From the NCBI GenBank assembly GCA_002189035.1, contig CM007990.1:930001-994000 (forward strand): 64,000 nt of DNA. The letters run 5' to 3'. Below, one piece after another: positions 1 through 18,961 of this stretch (its first letter is position 1; each line of letters opens with the position of its first letter). The position numbers were made by a program, and so were the translations under genes. This stretch comes from Utricularia gibba. Lineage: Eukaryota > Plantae > Magnoliophyta. The notes below the pieces were generated by a model. The model worked only from the letters and a program-made list of their open reading frames with translations, had not been told where the DNA came from and did no database searches.

Positions 1-50
1 AACCTGTTGCCAGTCCTTCCTTTCAAGGGAAGTTTAGAGTGCGTTGTTTA

Positions 51-1379
51 TTACGTTTCTGTAGACGACTCGGCGTGCTTTCTTACAAAGAGCTTGCTTA
101 TGTCCTCTGTCACAATGTTGCTCCTGCAAAATAAAGATGTGAATTAATTCAACCATGGCAGAAAAGAAGGTATGGAAGAGCATGAATGGCATACCTCCCA
201 GTAAGCTGAGGAGGGAGTAATCGACCACCAACAGTATCTGGAGAAGTCTTCAAGTGAGGCAACAGCCCTTTAGAGATTTTTCTATGAGGGTTCTGGGCAA
301 CTGATTCATTATGGTCTCTTTTCCGGGATTCACTTTCTGCCATTGCAGCTGCGACCCATGATGAGTGGTTGGATGCTCTCAGTGGATTAGACGGCAACAT
401 AGGCGAATTCAGTAAAAGAGAGGCATCAGGGAGCTTCAGGTCAGGTAACGGATCAGGAGGAATGGCAGCCTTTTGACTAGTTGTGGAATTCAAAGATATC
501 CTGAAAGTTAACACCACATCAATAAGCACACTGTAAAGAGTTTTACAATAAGTAGAAGCATACAGGAAAAAAGCCACAAGGTACAATCACAAAGCTAAGA
601 GAAACTGAGAGGGCGCTTTCATTTTTAGATTTCGGTTAGAATCGCATGATTATTTCAAGCTGTATGCATCCATGATTAATGGTTAAAATTTAAAAGTAGC
701 AGATAGCAAGATTCAATCTGAGGCAACAAAAACACTGAAGAACTGTAAAACAGCCGTCTCTATAGCTGCACATCACCGTGTGCCATAAAGAACAAAAGGA
801 AACTACTCCACAGGAAGCCAATTTCGCGTACACAGATTGCAGGCATGACGTTATGGGCACTTGATTACAAGGCCTAAAAATACATTCTTCCCGATCAGAA
901 AGCAAAGAAAACTTTTTGCAACTAAGTTCTTGATTAGTAAATGTGGCTTCAACTCAATAAACTAAACAATGTCGGATTTTGATGCTCTACCCAGTATCAC
1001 AAAGGAAGAGAAAGTCATAAAATCACCTCAGCTACACCAACTACATGATACTAGAATGCATCAATTCCGTTTTCCTTTGCTCCATACCACCCATAAATCC
1101 AAAACACCTACTGCACGCATCCCAACTTAGAAGCCAATGAGCAAGGAGGGAGTTTATAACAACGACACCATTCTCTCAGAGAAGATGAACAGGACGAAGC
1201 AATTACCTCTGGCCGGATTTTGACGGATTATCCTCCGGAGTCCTTTCGCTGGGTGCAGAAACCCCAAAACGCGGTCGTTTTGAGGTGCTTTGTTTCGACT
1301 CCTCCGCATCTTTGCCCTCGTCAACGTGATATACTGGCTCGTCTTCGTCGGAGGAGGCGGCGTAATCAACCAGCGACAT
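51..1379 (-). CDS. Conserved plant protein of unknown function, 3 exons (1379-1207, 500-195, 123-51)
   Basis: Starts MSLVDYAASSDEDEP. GT-AG junctions keep the frame through ...VGGRLLPPQLTGR|SNIVTEDISKLFVRKHAESSTET*. Confidence 0.75.
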
Positions 1380-1596
1380 GATCCACGGCTGACGGATTCT
1401 GGATTCTCCCCCTCGTCGACCAGTTCTTCCTTCGCAGAGGCCAAATATCTTAAAAATTTCATTTCTTTTCCCATAAAAAAATATCCTCGTCGACACAACG
1501 GTAATAGTAAAAAGATTAAACTGTAATTATTAATTATTTACTGTACAGTAATTCATTCATCTACACACGCGCACACCGCTGCTCCGTAGACCCCCG

Positions 1597-2448
1597 CTAG
1601 GGCTTCCTGCTCAGTTCATCCCTGTAACAATCCAGGAGCTTGTTCCTCGCAGCGAAAGCTTCCGAGAACAGAGCTTCCGCCGCCTTCTCGATTCCTTCGA
1701 TCCCCTTCTCCAGGAGCTCCAATGCCATCTCCAGCCTCTCCACGCCTTCACCGGTTGAAGCTATTCCTTCTACCGCAGCGTTCACTTCCTTCACTTCCTC
1801 CGTTACGCCATCTCCGTTTTCGCTGAATCTCAAATCCAATCCCTTCACCAGCGATGAATCATGTATGGAAATGATTGATTCTCGTGTTTCCAGGTATACT
1901 CCTCGTTCGCTGCATAAACATGAAAGCACGAATGCTAGTGATAAAACGCTAGTGTCCCCTGCAATCGCCAATCCAGCAACAGCCATTCTTTCTTTATCTG
2001 AATCAGTGGATTGGATGATCGTCTTTCCACGGATTCTTTCAAGAATCTTCTTCAAGGGTTCTTCTGGATGATAGCCGGGGATCAATTTCAGGGTATGGGA
2101 CACCGAAATCCTCGAATGACGAAGGCGTAAAACGGCGGCGTTTATCAGATTCAGCATGTCGAGCAGATTCAGGGTGTAGTAGAAATACTCCTCCGCGGTG
2201 GGGCTCCCCCACCGGCTCATCGGATAGTCTATTTCAACCACCATATCCGAAAATGCCCTGTTGACGAAAGTGATCAACTCGAAGCATTTTCCCAGATCCC
2301 GCAGCCGCGGTTTGATCTGGAGGTCCGCGGCGAAAGCCAAGACCTTGGACCGGAAGTTGTGCAGCGGAGCCGTGGAGGCGGCTGCAGGGAGCTTCCGACC
2401 GAACGGAAAATTGCTGAAACAACCAACTCTGTTTTCTAGCAAAACCAT
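1597..2448 (-). CDS. BYPASS1 (BPS1)-like / DUF793-DUF241-type protein, single exon
   Basis: Open frame 1597-2511 with the likely ATG at 2448 (MVLLENRV...). It contains YYTLNLLDMLNLINAAVLRLRHSRISVSH and KEVNAAV...GIEGIEKAAEALFSEAFAARNKLL, typical of the BPS1-like family. Confidence 0.7.
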   Translation of the reverse strand: MVLLENRVGCFSNFPFGRKLPAAASTAPLHNFRSKVLAFAADLQIKPRLRDLGKCFELITFVNRAFSDMVVEIDYPMSRWGSPTAEEYFYYTLNLLDMLNLINAAVLRLRHSRISVSHTLKLIPGYHPEEPLKKILERIRGKTIIQSTDSDKERMAVAGLAIAGDTSVLSLAFVLSCLCSERGVYLETRESIISIHDSSLVKGLDLRFSENGDGVTEEVKEVNAAVEGIASTGEGVERLEMALELLEKGIEGIEKAAEALFSEAFAARNKLLDCYRDELSRKP

Positions 2449-3201
2449 CCACAGACAGAAAAAAACGGTAAAAGGGTAGATCCCTTCTTTCCGACTTACT
2501 CTTTGCGGCAAACGTCTTAATACCTATATACATAGACAGGTGGGCACACGGCATCAGAAACGTGTGCAGCTTTGAAGAAGCAGGGGAATAGGGTTGAGTG
2601 ATCAACGGACGAAAGAGGCGCACGCTGTTTTGAAGGTACACGGTGTCGCATACCATTGGCTCCCCTGTATTCCTCACTCCCTACGCAACATCCTTATCAG
2701 CTTCCGTTCCACATTGGAGAAGATGGATGTATCTTGTGCAGTGTCTTCCTGAATCCATTAGATCTGAGTTCAAGATTGTTTCTTTGGTTCTGAATTTTGC
2801 TGCTACTTGGAGCAGCAGAAGCTGATGAGCTCCCCTGATCTGAACCAAAGCAACTAGCAGTAACATAATACAGGTGACTCTGTGAGTCAGCAAGCCACCA
2901 AGTCTGGGAATGGAATATATTACACGGCATCAGCCAATTCACTCCCACAAAAGAACTGGATTACAGATAAAACTGAAGATGAGAATAAAAAATCATCTTC
3001 CATGGCAGGAGCTCCACTCCAAGAATGATCAACCGCAGCAGCAATGGCAGTTGCGTGCATTGAGAAAATTGACAGATTTTGACATGGGATCACACTGTCA
3101 GTGCATCCAGCCAGGTGAACTCAGCCGACTTGAACAGTATACATGAGGCCAGTCGGTTTGGAAGATGGAGAGACAACATACACAGTACTTGAGCTGAATC
3201 C

Positions 3202-11431
<8,230 letters not shown>

Positions 11432-11548
11432 TGACACGTCGAGCCGGCACCCAATTTCTTCTTTCTTTCTCCCTCCAAGCGTGTGGAGTAAGCTCGACAC
11501 GAAAGAGGGATCGACACTGCCGGCGAAACGCCCTCAAGCCGGAGAAAT

Positions 11549-11558
11549 GGCGCGAAAA
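11549..11558 (-). promoter_or_regulatory. E2F binding site TTTTCGCGCC upstream of SMC5
   Basis: Plus strand GGCGCGAAAA matches the E2F consensus TTTSSCGSS, about 120 bp upstream of the SMC5 ATG. Confidence 0.65.
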
Positions 11559-11568
11559 CAATGGACCG

Positions 11569-11583
11569 CACGTGCATCACGTG
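11569..11583. promoter_or_regulatory. Two G-boxes (CACGTG) in the SMC5/SIG4 divergent promoter
   Basis: CACGTG at 11569-11574 and at 11578-11583. Confidence 0.45.
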
Positions 11584-11701
11584 ACATACAAGAGGTAGTT
11601 GGAAACAAAATATAATTTCATAAACAATCAGAAAAGAAAATATCACATTTTCAATAATATATTTGTATTCATATTATTTAATATATTTTACAATAAATAG
11701 G

Positions 11702-11710
11702 AAAATATCT
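11702..11710 (+). promoter_or_regulatory. Evening element AAAATATCT upstream of SIG4
   Basis: Exact 9-mer lying 55 bp before the SIG4 ATG, followed by CCAAT. Confidence 0.45.
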
Positions 11711-11765
11711 CACCAATAGAGAAGTATAACCATTCACTCACCCCCTCTCTCCCTTCTCCATTACC

Positions 11766-13246
11766 ATGTCTTCCTTCTTCTCCTCATCATCAGTCCCAAT
11801 CTCTTCTTCCTCCTCCTCCTCCTCCTCCTCCTCCTCCTCCTCTTCCGCATACTCCATTACCAGATCTTCTCTGCATCTCAAGCTCAGCTCTGCCTCCACC
11901 CTTCTGCTCCAAGACACCCATCCTCTCTCATTCCATCTCACCAGAGAAGATGCAGTCTCCGGCGTAATGGATGCCGTGAACGAGACTGACGGCGGCGGAG
12001 GAGATGATTATGTCAAGAACAGGGGGAGGAGGAGAGCCAGGAGAGCGAGACATTTGAGAGGCGTGGAGGAGACAGAAGGGAGTGATGAGCCTGAATCGGC
12101 TGATGCAAAGAGAGGGAAGTCGAAGTTCATGAGCTCTAAAGAGGAGGCCAGATTGTCATGGCACCTAAAGGTTACATAAAACATGTATTGATTGTAAGTG
12201 AAGTGCAGGTTTTGTGGGCGGTGAGAGATGGATTCAGTCTGTTTTCTTGCACCACAGGAAAGAGCAAGAGTTGAGGTTGTAAGGAGTAAGCTGGTAGCTG
12301 AAATGGGAGAGGGGGAAGCTTTAACCTGGAGCCAATGGGCGAAAGCTGCAGGTATGAGCCAGAGGAGTCTGGACAAGGTCCTGTGCAGAGGCAGAGAATC
12401 GGAGAAGAAGATCACCGTCTGCTATCAAAGCCTTGTGGTATCTATCGCTTCTTTGTACCAAGGGAAAGGTCTCAGCATCCACGACTTGATTCAGGTACTG
12501 ATTCCTCCCCAGTCCTCTTCCCAAGGAGCAGAAACAGTTCAGCAATGCTTGTGATTCCCACCATTCAGGAAGGTAGCATAGGGCTCCTTCATGGAGCTCT
12601 AAAGTTCAAACCAGAGAAGGGATACAAGCTCTCCACCTACGCATACTGGTGGATCAGGCAGTGCATCATGCGTGCCATAGCCAAGAAGTCCAGACTCATT
12701 CGAATGCCGGTAACTCCACACCCTTCACCCCTTCTGAGAAAACACCCTTGAGAGTCTCTCCTCTGACAGGGAACTGTGAACGAGGCGATGCCAAGGATCT
12801 GCGAAGCGATCAACGTGCTGAGCAGGAAGCTCCAGAGGTTCCCCACATACAACGAGATTGCAGAGGCGACCAACATCAGTTCCACCGTCGTCAGACACGC
12901 TGTTGAAAGCAGCAAATCCCCGATCTCGATCGACAGGGCGGTTACCAGCCGGGGCTGCATGTCCTTGCAGGAGATCATCCCGGGGCCCGATGAGATGAGA
13001 CCGGAAATCAGAGTGAGAAAGAGTTTGCTGAAGCAGGAAGTGAACAGACTTCTGAAGAGGCTGTGTGAAAGGGAAGCAGAGATCTTGAGGCTCCACTTTG
13101 GGCTACATGGAGGCACGCCCTGCTCCTTTGAAGAGATTGGGAGGCTCCTTAAGCTGTCAAGGGAAAGAGCAAGACAGCTGAGTTCTGATGCACTGTTGAA
13201 GCTACAGAAGATGAAAGAAGCGCAGGATCTGGTGTACTTACTGTAG
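11766..13246 (+). CDS. SIG4: Plastid RNA polymerase sigma factor SIG4/sigD, 4 exons (11766-12170, 12258-12494, 12569-12709, 12770-13246)
   Basis: Ser-rich transit peptide, then [13 protein letters not shown]|EGSIGLL...[14 protein letters not shown] (regions 2.2-2.4) and the region 4.2 [21 protein letters not shown]. The short N-terminus and motif variants fit SIG4. Confidence 0.88.
11808..11840 (+). repeat. (TCC)11 microsatellite encoding poly-Ser in the SIG4 transit peptide
   Basis: Perfect trinucleotide repeat read directly from the sequence. Confidence 0.95.
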
Positions 13247-13978
13247 TTACATATGATAAATATATACATATATGTACACATTTTTAAATTAATTTTTACA
13301 TATTTTACTTGAAATAGAAAAAAAATATTTTTTATATGCATCAAATGTATTTACATTTTTTAATATTTATATTAAACGTGTTTAAGTAATTATTTTTATT
13401 ACATAATATCACGACTCATTCTTTTATTGCAAAATATTATATACTTTGAACTTTTAATCCTTGTAATTGTACATTTTTTATTTTCAAGAAAAAAAACTTA
13501 TATCAAATTAGAGAATTTTTTTTATATAAACTGTTTCTTTAATCTATTCTTAATCGATCTGAGATTAATCTAATGTCATTATATACTTCTTTGGGTTACA
13601 CCCAACAAATGTGACTTATAAACATGTGACTCAAATAAAAAATTTAGTTTGTAAATTTTTCAAAATTTTAAATTAATTTCATAATTTTATCCCAAATATA
13701 CATATAATTTTCCTCCAATAAATATACTTAAATATTTAATTTATTTCAAATATATTTAATTAATTATTTTATATTAAATATGATTTATACGTAAATATAT
13801 GATTCCAAATTAGAAAATTTATTTAGAATAAAATACTTTAATTTTTCTTATTAAAAAATCGGAAATTATTATAAATAATAATAAATTGATATTTTGCTTC
13901 GTACAAAATCCCCTTTTCTGTGTTCGTGGCGGTTGGAGATAGAAGCTGCTTGGTGGAAGGATTAGGGTTAGGTTTTGG

Positions 13979-14318
13979 ATGTCGTCGGAGGCGTACGAGA
14001 GGGTGAGGGCCGGAAGGCTGACGTTCAAGGGCGGAGAGCTCGCTGTGCGGGAAAAATCGATCAACAAAAAGAAAAAGAAGAAGAGCAAGAGCAAACTTCT
14101 TGATGAAGCGGCTGCAGCCGAGGATCCCGCAGCAACCGCTGTGGAGGCTTCCGGCGCGGGTGATATTTATACTATTGATGCGGCCAAGAAGATGAAGTAC
14201 GAAGAGCTATTTCCAGTGGAAACCAAGAAGTTCGGGTACGACCAAGTTGTGAAAACCAAGTCTGTGGAGGAAGCCCTTGACGATCGCGTGAAGAAGGGCT
14301 GATCGTTATTGTAAATGA
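13979..14318 (+). CDS. Small basic FRG1-like protein with a frameshift just before its C-terminal ADRYCK motif
   Basis: Reads MSSEAYERVRAGRLTFKGG...KKKKKKSKSK...SVEEALDDRVKK. ADRYCK* follows in another frame (stop 14316-14318). As assembled, the ORF stops at 14302. Confidence 0.7.
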
Positions 14319-14449
14319 AATCTGCTTGCTTTCTCGATTTCTGGTGTTTCGAGTTGCCAAATTTGTAGGATGTGCATTTACCTTTTCTGCCTTGAATATG
14401 AATTGCCTTGATCGAGTTAAAAGTTCCTATAGTGTTTTTCTTGGCTCCA

Positions 14450-15460
14450 AGTATTGATCTCTAGGAATATTTGGATTTCATGCTTAGCTTTTGAAACTAC
14501 CCCTATGTTGCCGTTAGTAGATTTCCCAAATCTTCAATAGACAATGGAGGCATATCAGCAAGGTTCTGCTTTTCTCTAGTTTTAAGAAGGCTTTTGGAGA
14601 TGCAAGATAAATCATGGCAGTGATTTTCTGACCTATTTGAATGCAGCATGTGGGTTTTAGTCTTTTTTCTTTTCGTGGGCAATTCAAAAGATGATTTCTC
14701 TTCTTTGCAATCGGCTTGCTTTCGACCCCATTCGCAGCTTTTCATACAGAAATTCGTGGGAGAAACATGTGCTCATCCAAGGTGGCCTCTTGTTCAGGGG
14801 AGAAGCGAAGAAGCACTTGATTTGTTTAAGGGACATGCAAGAATCAATGGAAATGAATTGCCACAGAATTTGAGCATCAAGCCGTCATTTGTGAGTGGTA
14901 TTCAAAAAACTTCTGCTATGTATGAGCTTTTGGACAACAATGGGCTGTCAGAGAATTGGCTTTTTGTCACGATCATTGGTTTGGAATTGTTTAGTTTACT
15001 TTGCCATGAACTCTTTTCTTCTTCAGCTTTTTTTGCTGGTTTTCTTGCGTTCTCTGCATTGTTTTTTCCTCAGGCAATGGAAATAAGAACAATATTGGAC
15101 CACCAATCCAAACTGGTGTGCTTTTTTAGGTTTGACAGTTGACACCTGGGGTGTTAAAGCTGTTTCCACTGCTTACAATATATTGAATGTTCACTTTGTC
15201 GAGCTTATCCCTACATAAGCAAGTAACCTCAATGCCGAGACAGGCGTTGATGTTGGGTGGTTCTATTTCTCCATTTCTGGTTGTGTTAGGAAGAACATGG
15301 GCATCTCTATCCTTTCTTCTGCTCGGAGTTATGCCGACTGTTATTGGAGTAGTGATCTTTGTTCCTTGCACTAGCCTTATCCATATACCCTTTCTGAAAC
15401 TTGTTTTCCAGGACAAGAGATCATATGCTACGGACGTGCACAACCATCTACATAAATCCA
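14450..15460 (+). pseudogene. Decayed organic cation/carnitine transporter (OCT1-like, MFS) fragment
   Basis: Co-linear OCT1-like motifs in three different frames: PRWPLVQGRSEEALDLFKGHARINGNELPQNL, WAVREL, VYFAM, AVSTAYNILNVHFVELIPT* (TAA 15216-15218) and PRQALMLGGSISPFLVVLGRTWASLSFLLLGV. No N-terminal half is visible. Boundaries are approximate. Confidence 0.75.
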
Positions 15461-15786
15461 TCGCTTCATGGTTGTGTCTTCCGGCGACTGCGACGGCAAA
15501 CGCCGCGGTGGCGGCAACATTTCTACGCTAAGGACGTGGCCGTGGTTCCAATCTCATCGGATGTCCCCGAAGGGACAGGACTTCGCCGTGGCATACAACC
15601 GCGTATCTAAGAATATATTCTCTTTTTCTTCGCTTATTTTTTTTAATTTATAATGCCGATAAATTGTGTGGACAGGATGCGTCTGGACAGCCCAACCCTT
15701 TTGGATGACGGCGGCTGTCTGCCACAGGATCCAGCTGTGGTTTGTTGTCTTTTTCAGGCAAAGATCAAATCTTTGTTCACACTGTG

Positions 15787-15801
15787 CACGTGACACGTGG
15801 C
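15787..15801 (+). promoter_or_regulatory. Tandem G-box/ABRE (CACGTGACACGTGGC) upstream of the RVE gene
   Basis: Two CACGTG cores separated by 1 nt, the second in ACGTGGC context, about 200 bp before the RVE ATG. Confidence 0.55.
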
Positions 15802-16002
15802 ACAAGTCAATAAATCTCGGCCACACACCCATCTTCTGGAGGGTTCGAAAACTATTCAATTTTTTTGGATGAAAAAACTTTCCTTCGTGGCATCATCTGT
15901 TCCTGATCTTTTTCTTCCCCTGAAACCCCTCCAAATTTCGTTGCACTCCCTGTCCGTTTTCTGGGTTTCCCTTTCTGTGATTCTTTCTTGGGGTGTCTTT
16001 TT

Positions 16003-17465
16003 ATGGCAAGTGAAGTTCAAGTTTGTTTTGTTTAGTTTGCCGGTTTTCAGCCCGTCGCCGAGTGTAATGAAGGTTAGATCATCTCATTCTTGTAAATTTG
16101 TTATTGGTCACGATGTATTCAAGCATTTGGTCGATTTAGTTGCTGTAATTTCCCTTGTGGGGGTGTGTTCTTTTGAAATGATGATTAGGAGTAATTGAGA
16201 TGAAGCTTAGTTTTTCGCCATTCTTCTTATGTAGGATCCATCAACAGAAACAAGCAATGTGGCTTCTCAAGCTCAGCCCTTTTCTGCTGGGGGAAATGGG
16301 TATTCGCACAAGGTTAATGATCATCTTTTACCTAAAAGACTGATGCAACAGATTTGGTTATGTGGGGGTGGTTTTGCATTAGCATTTATCATCTCCACAC
16401 AATGTATTCTAGGTCAGAAAGCCTTATGTCATTACCAAACAGAGAGAAAAATGGACGGCCAATGAACATCAGCGCTTTGTGGAAGCTCTCAAGTTATATG
16501 GCCGCGGTTGGCGACAGATTGAAGGTGCGGTCGTCCGCAAAATGTATCTTTTTTTTTTTTTTTCTTCAAATGCTCGATGAATTTGTAACATTGTATGATA
16601 ATTTTGTTTTTTGGCAGAGTATGTGGGTACAAAGACGGCTATTCAAATAAGAAGCCATGCTCAAAAGTTCTTTGCCAAAGTCAGTCGAGACACTGGTGCT
16701 TGTGGAGAAGGGTTGCTGAATCTGGAGGATATTCCTCCTCCTCGGCCAAAGAAAAAACCATTGCACCCCTACCCTCGGAAAACAGAAAATAAAGAAGATA
16801 CTGACTCGAATGCCCTCGAATGCTTGACTGATGATGGAGAGAAATACTCTCCAACCTCAGTTGCCTCAGCTGTTAATTCTGATAATATAGAGTCTGCAGT
16901 AGCTGAGATGCACAGTTCCTGCCCTTCACCAACTTCTTGTGCCACAGATGCTTTATCTGGAAACTTGTTAACATCTGCTAACTTTTCTGCAGTTCCTCCT
17001 GGTGATAATTTGATTAAGGTGTGGTAATGATTTTATATCTGCAGCTTGCGTATAGTTTATACCGTTTGTAATGAGCTAATTTTCTTCCCCTGGCTTATCC
17101 AGAAGTCCCATCAGGACTCGGAGTCCACCATGGAATCTCCATTTTGTGCTGGACAGCGTACAAGTTTCAAGCTATTCGGAAAAACGGTTGTTGTTGTAAA
17201 TGGTGCAGGACAGTCCTCAGATGTTATGGGAAGTTCTGAGTCTCGTCCGGAGAGCCCTGATGACCAGCTTGTGCATGGATTCATCCCTCCCCTACCAACA
17301 GCTTCCCCACCATATCCACCGCAGGCAAACAACAATGATCTGAAGAGGGATCAATCTGCTTGGTGCTACACTTGTCTGCTGCACCCCTACTTACCAGGAA
17401 CTGCTGCTGCTGATTTTAACACCATGTTAACGAATACCCCGATCCAAATCAGGGACGGGGTATGA
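16003..17465 (+). CDS. RVE: REVEILLE-family single-MYB (CCA1-like SHAQKF) transcription factor, RVE1/2/7 clade
   Basis: Spliced MASEVQ|DPST...YSHK|VRKPYVITKQREKWTANEHQRFVEALKLYGRGWRQIE|EYVGTKTAIQIRSHAQKFFAK...PPPRPKKKPLHPYPRK, with a later SFKLFGKTV motif. The tiny first exon is the least certain part. Confidence 0.9.
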
Positions 17466-18605
17466 CAGACAGCCACGAATCTCCTGGAGGAGATTCAGGC
17501 TCAAACAGAAAATGTTCGCTCATAGAATCACTGTCCCATTTTGGAGGGCAGTTTGAGTTCAGACACTCACCACCATTGTCTATCTGCTCAGTGTTCCTGC
17601 AGGACCATGAAGATGACCTCTTCATGACAAGGAGTTTTGCGTGTGGTTGGAAGTTTCTTTAGTGTAACTTGTGACTCCTGCAACATTTGTTGTATGTAAC
17701 AAAGTCGAGCAGTTTCTTTTTTGGCCAAAATCAACAAATTAGTAATCGAATGAGAAGAGGAGGCTCACCCCTCGGTGGGCATATGGGGCCGTTCATGGAC
17801 CACAGAAACCGAGCTCACTCAGCTTACTTTTTGCATTCGAGCTGCTCATCCTCATGAACCCACATCTCTCTCTCTCTCTTTAGATCGTCAAAATGGACAG
17901 CATATTAGAGAGCATGGGATGGATCCGTACTACTACAGAGGAAAATACGTATGTTTGGATTGGCTGCTTTGAACCAGTTCCGGCAAGGTGTGTTTGAACC
18001 AGTTTGGATTGTGTTTCCAAGGGAAATGAGTTTGTGGGCACAAGCAAATGAAATGGAAGAGGGCAAGGGATATGGGAATCTCAATCTCCCCTTTGCTGTC
18101 CCCGAGAAACTGCTGAGCATCCCCACTCCCATGATTTATTGCCAGCTACCCTTTGCATCTGTCCCCCATCCCACTTCTGATACAACAGCCTGCTCAGGGC
18201 CAAGTTTTGAGCTTTCCCTTTTTGTTGTTTGTTTCCAAGTCGGAGGCACTTGGGGGTGGCGTCGATGAAGGAAAGGCGTCGTTTTCAAGAGAATGGTGTG
18301 GTGTGGGTGACCACATCTCTGTCACTCAGTCCCGTCTCCCTCACCAGTTCCGATCCATCTGAGCTGCTGACCTCACAACCATCATTTTAATACTGAAGGA
18401 TTCTGAATATTTTTTGTATCCATTAAAATATGCAATCTAAATCCCCATGCTGAACTAATGTCCATAATATAATGAGCAACTAATAACTACCTAACACCAC
18501 AAATTGGTTCCTTTTGTGTTCTGCAGAAAAGAAACAAAAATGCAGAGGGCCCTGAATCTCTGAATCTGAATCAAGGAGGGAGGAAGGAGGTGTTTGGAAA
18601 AACTA

Positions 18606-18667
18606 AGTCAATGCCCGAACCGTTCGGTTATGTTGGATCAGGGAACCGGAGGGTGCGTTCTTGACTC
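18606..18667 (-). promoter_or_regulatory. Conserved HD-ZIP IV 3'-UTR element with its complementary partner (predicted stem-loop)
   Basis: Sense strand reads GAGTCAAGAACGCACC...GGTTCGGGCATTGACT about 300 nt after the stop. It matches the known HD-ZIP IV 3'-UTR motif, and AGTCAA/TTGACT and ACC/GGT can pair. Confidence 0.8.
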
Positions 18668-18961
18668 TGGGATCAGCAAATGGAGAAGAAAGCAGTTGTT
18701 GTCAAGTGTGAATGCCTCTCGGGATCAGCAGTTGCAGGAGCTGGAGGGATAGATACATGGATGGATAGTGCAGCAGCAGCTTAGTAGTGTGTGTTGCATG
18801 GATGGATGCAGTTGCAGAAGGCAGCAGCAGCAGTAGCAGCAATAGGTCAGTTGTCAGCCCCACCAAGGAGCATTCATGTACTCAGATACCCATCCATCGC
18901 TGCTCATTCATTGCTCCCTTTCTCCTCCTCATCAGCCATTAATGGAGCTCATTCAGAGCAG

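Noticed and set aside
1290-2479. Long antisense or alternate-frame ORFs over real exons (for example 1640-2071 +, 12637-13344 -, 21138-21695 +)
   Set aside because: They are shadow ORFs of GC-rich coding sequence and carry no recognisable motifs.
18145-18175. TTTGCATCTGTCCCCATCC, loosely similar to miR394, and a nearby miR399-like stretch
   Set aside because: Too many mismatches, and no convincing star strand.
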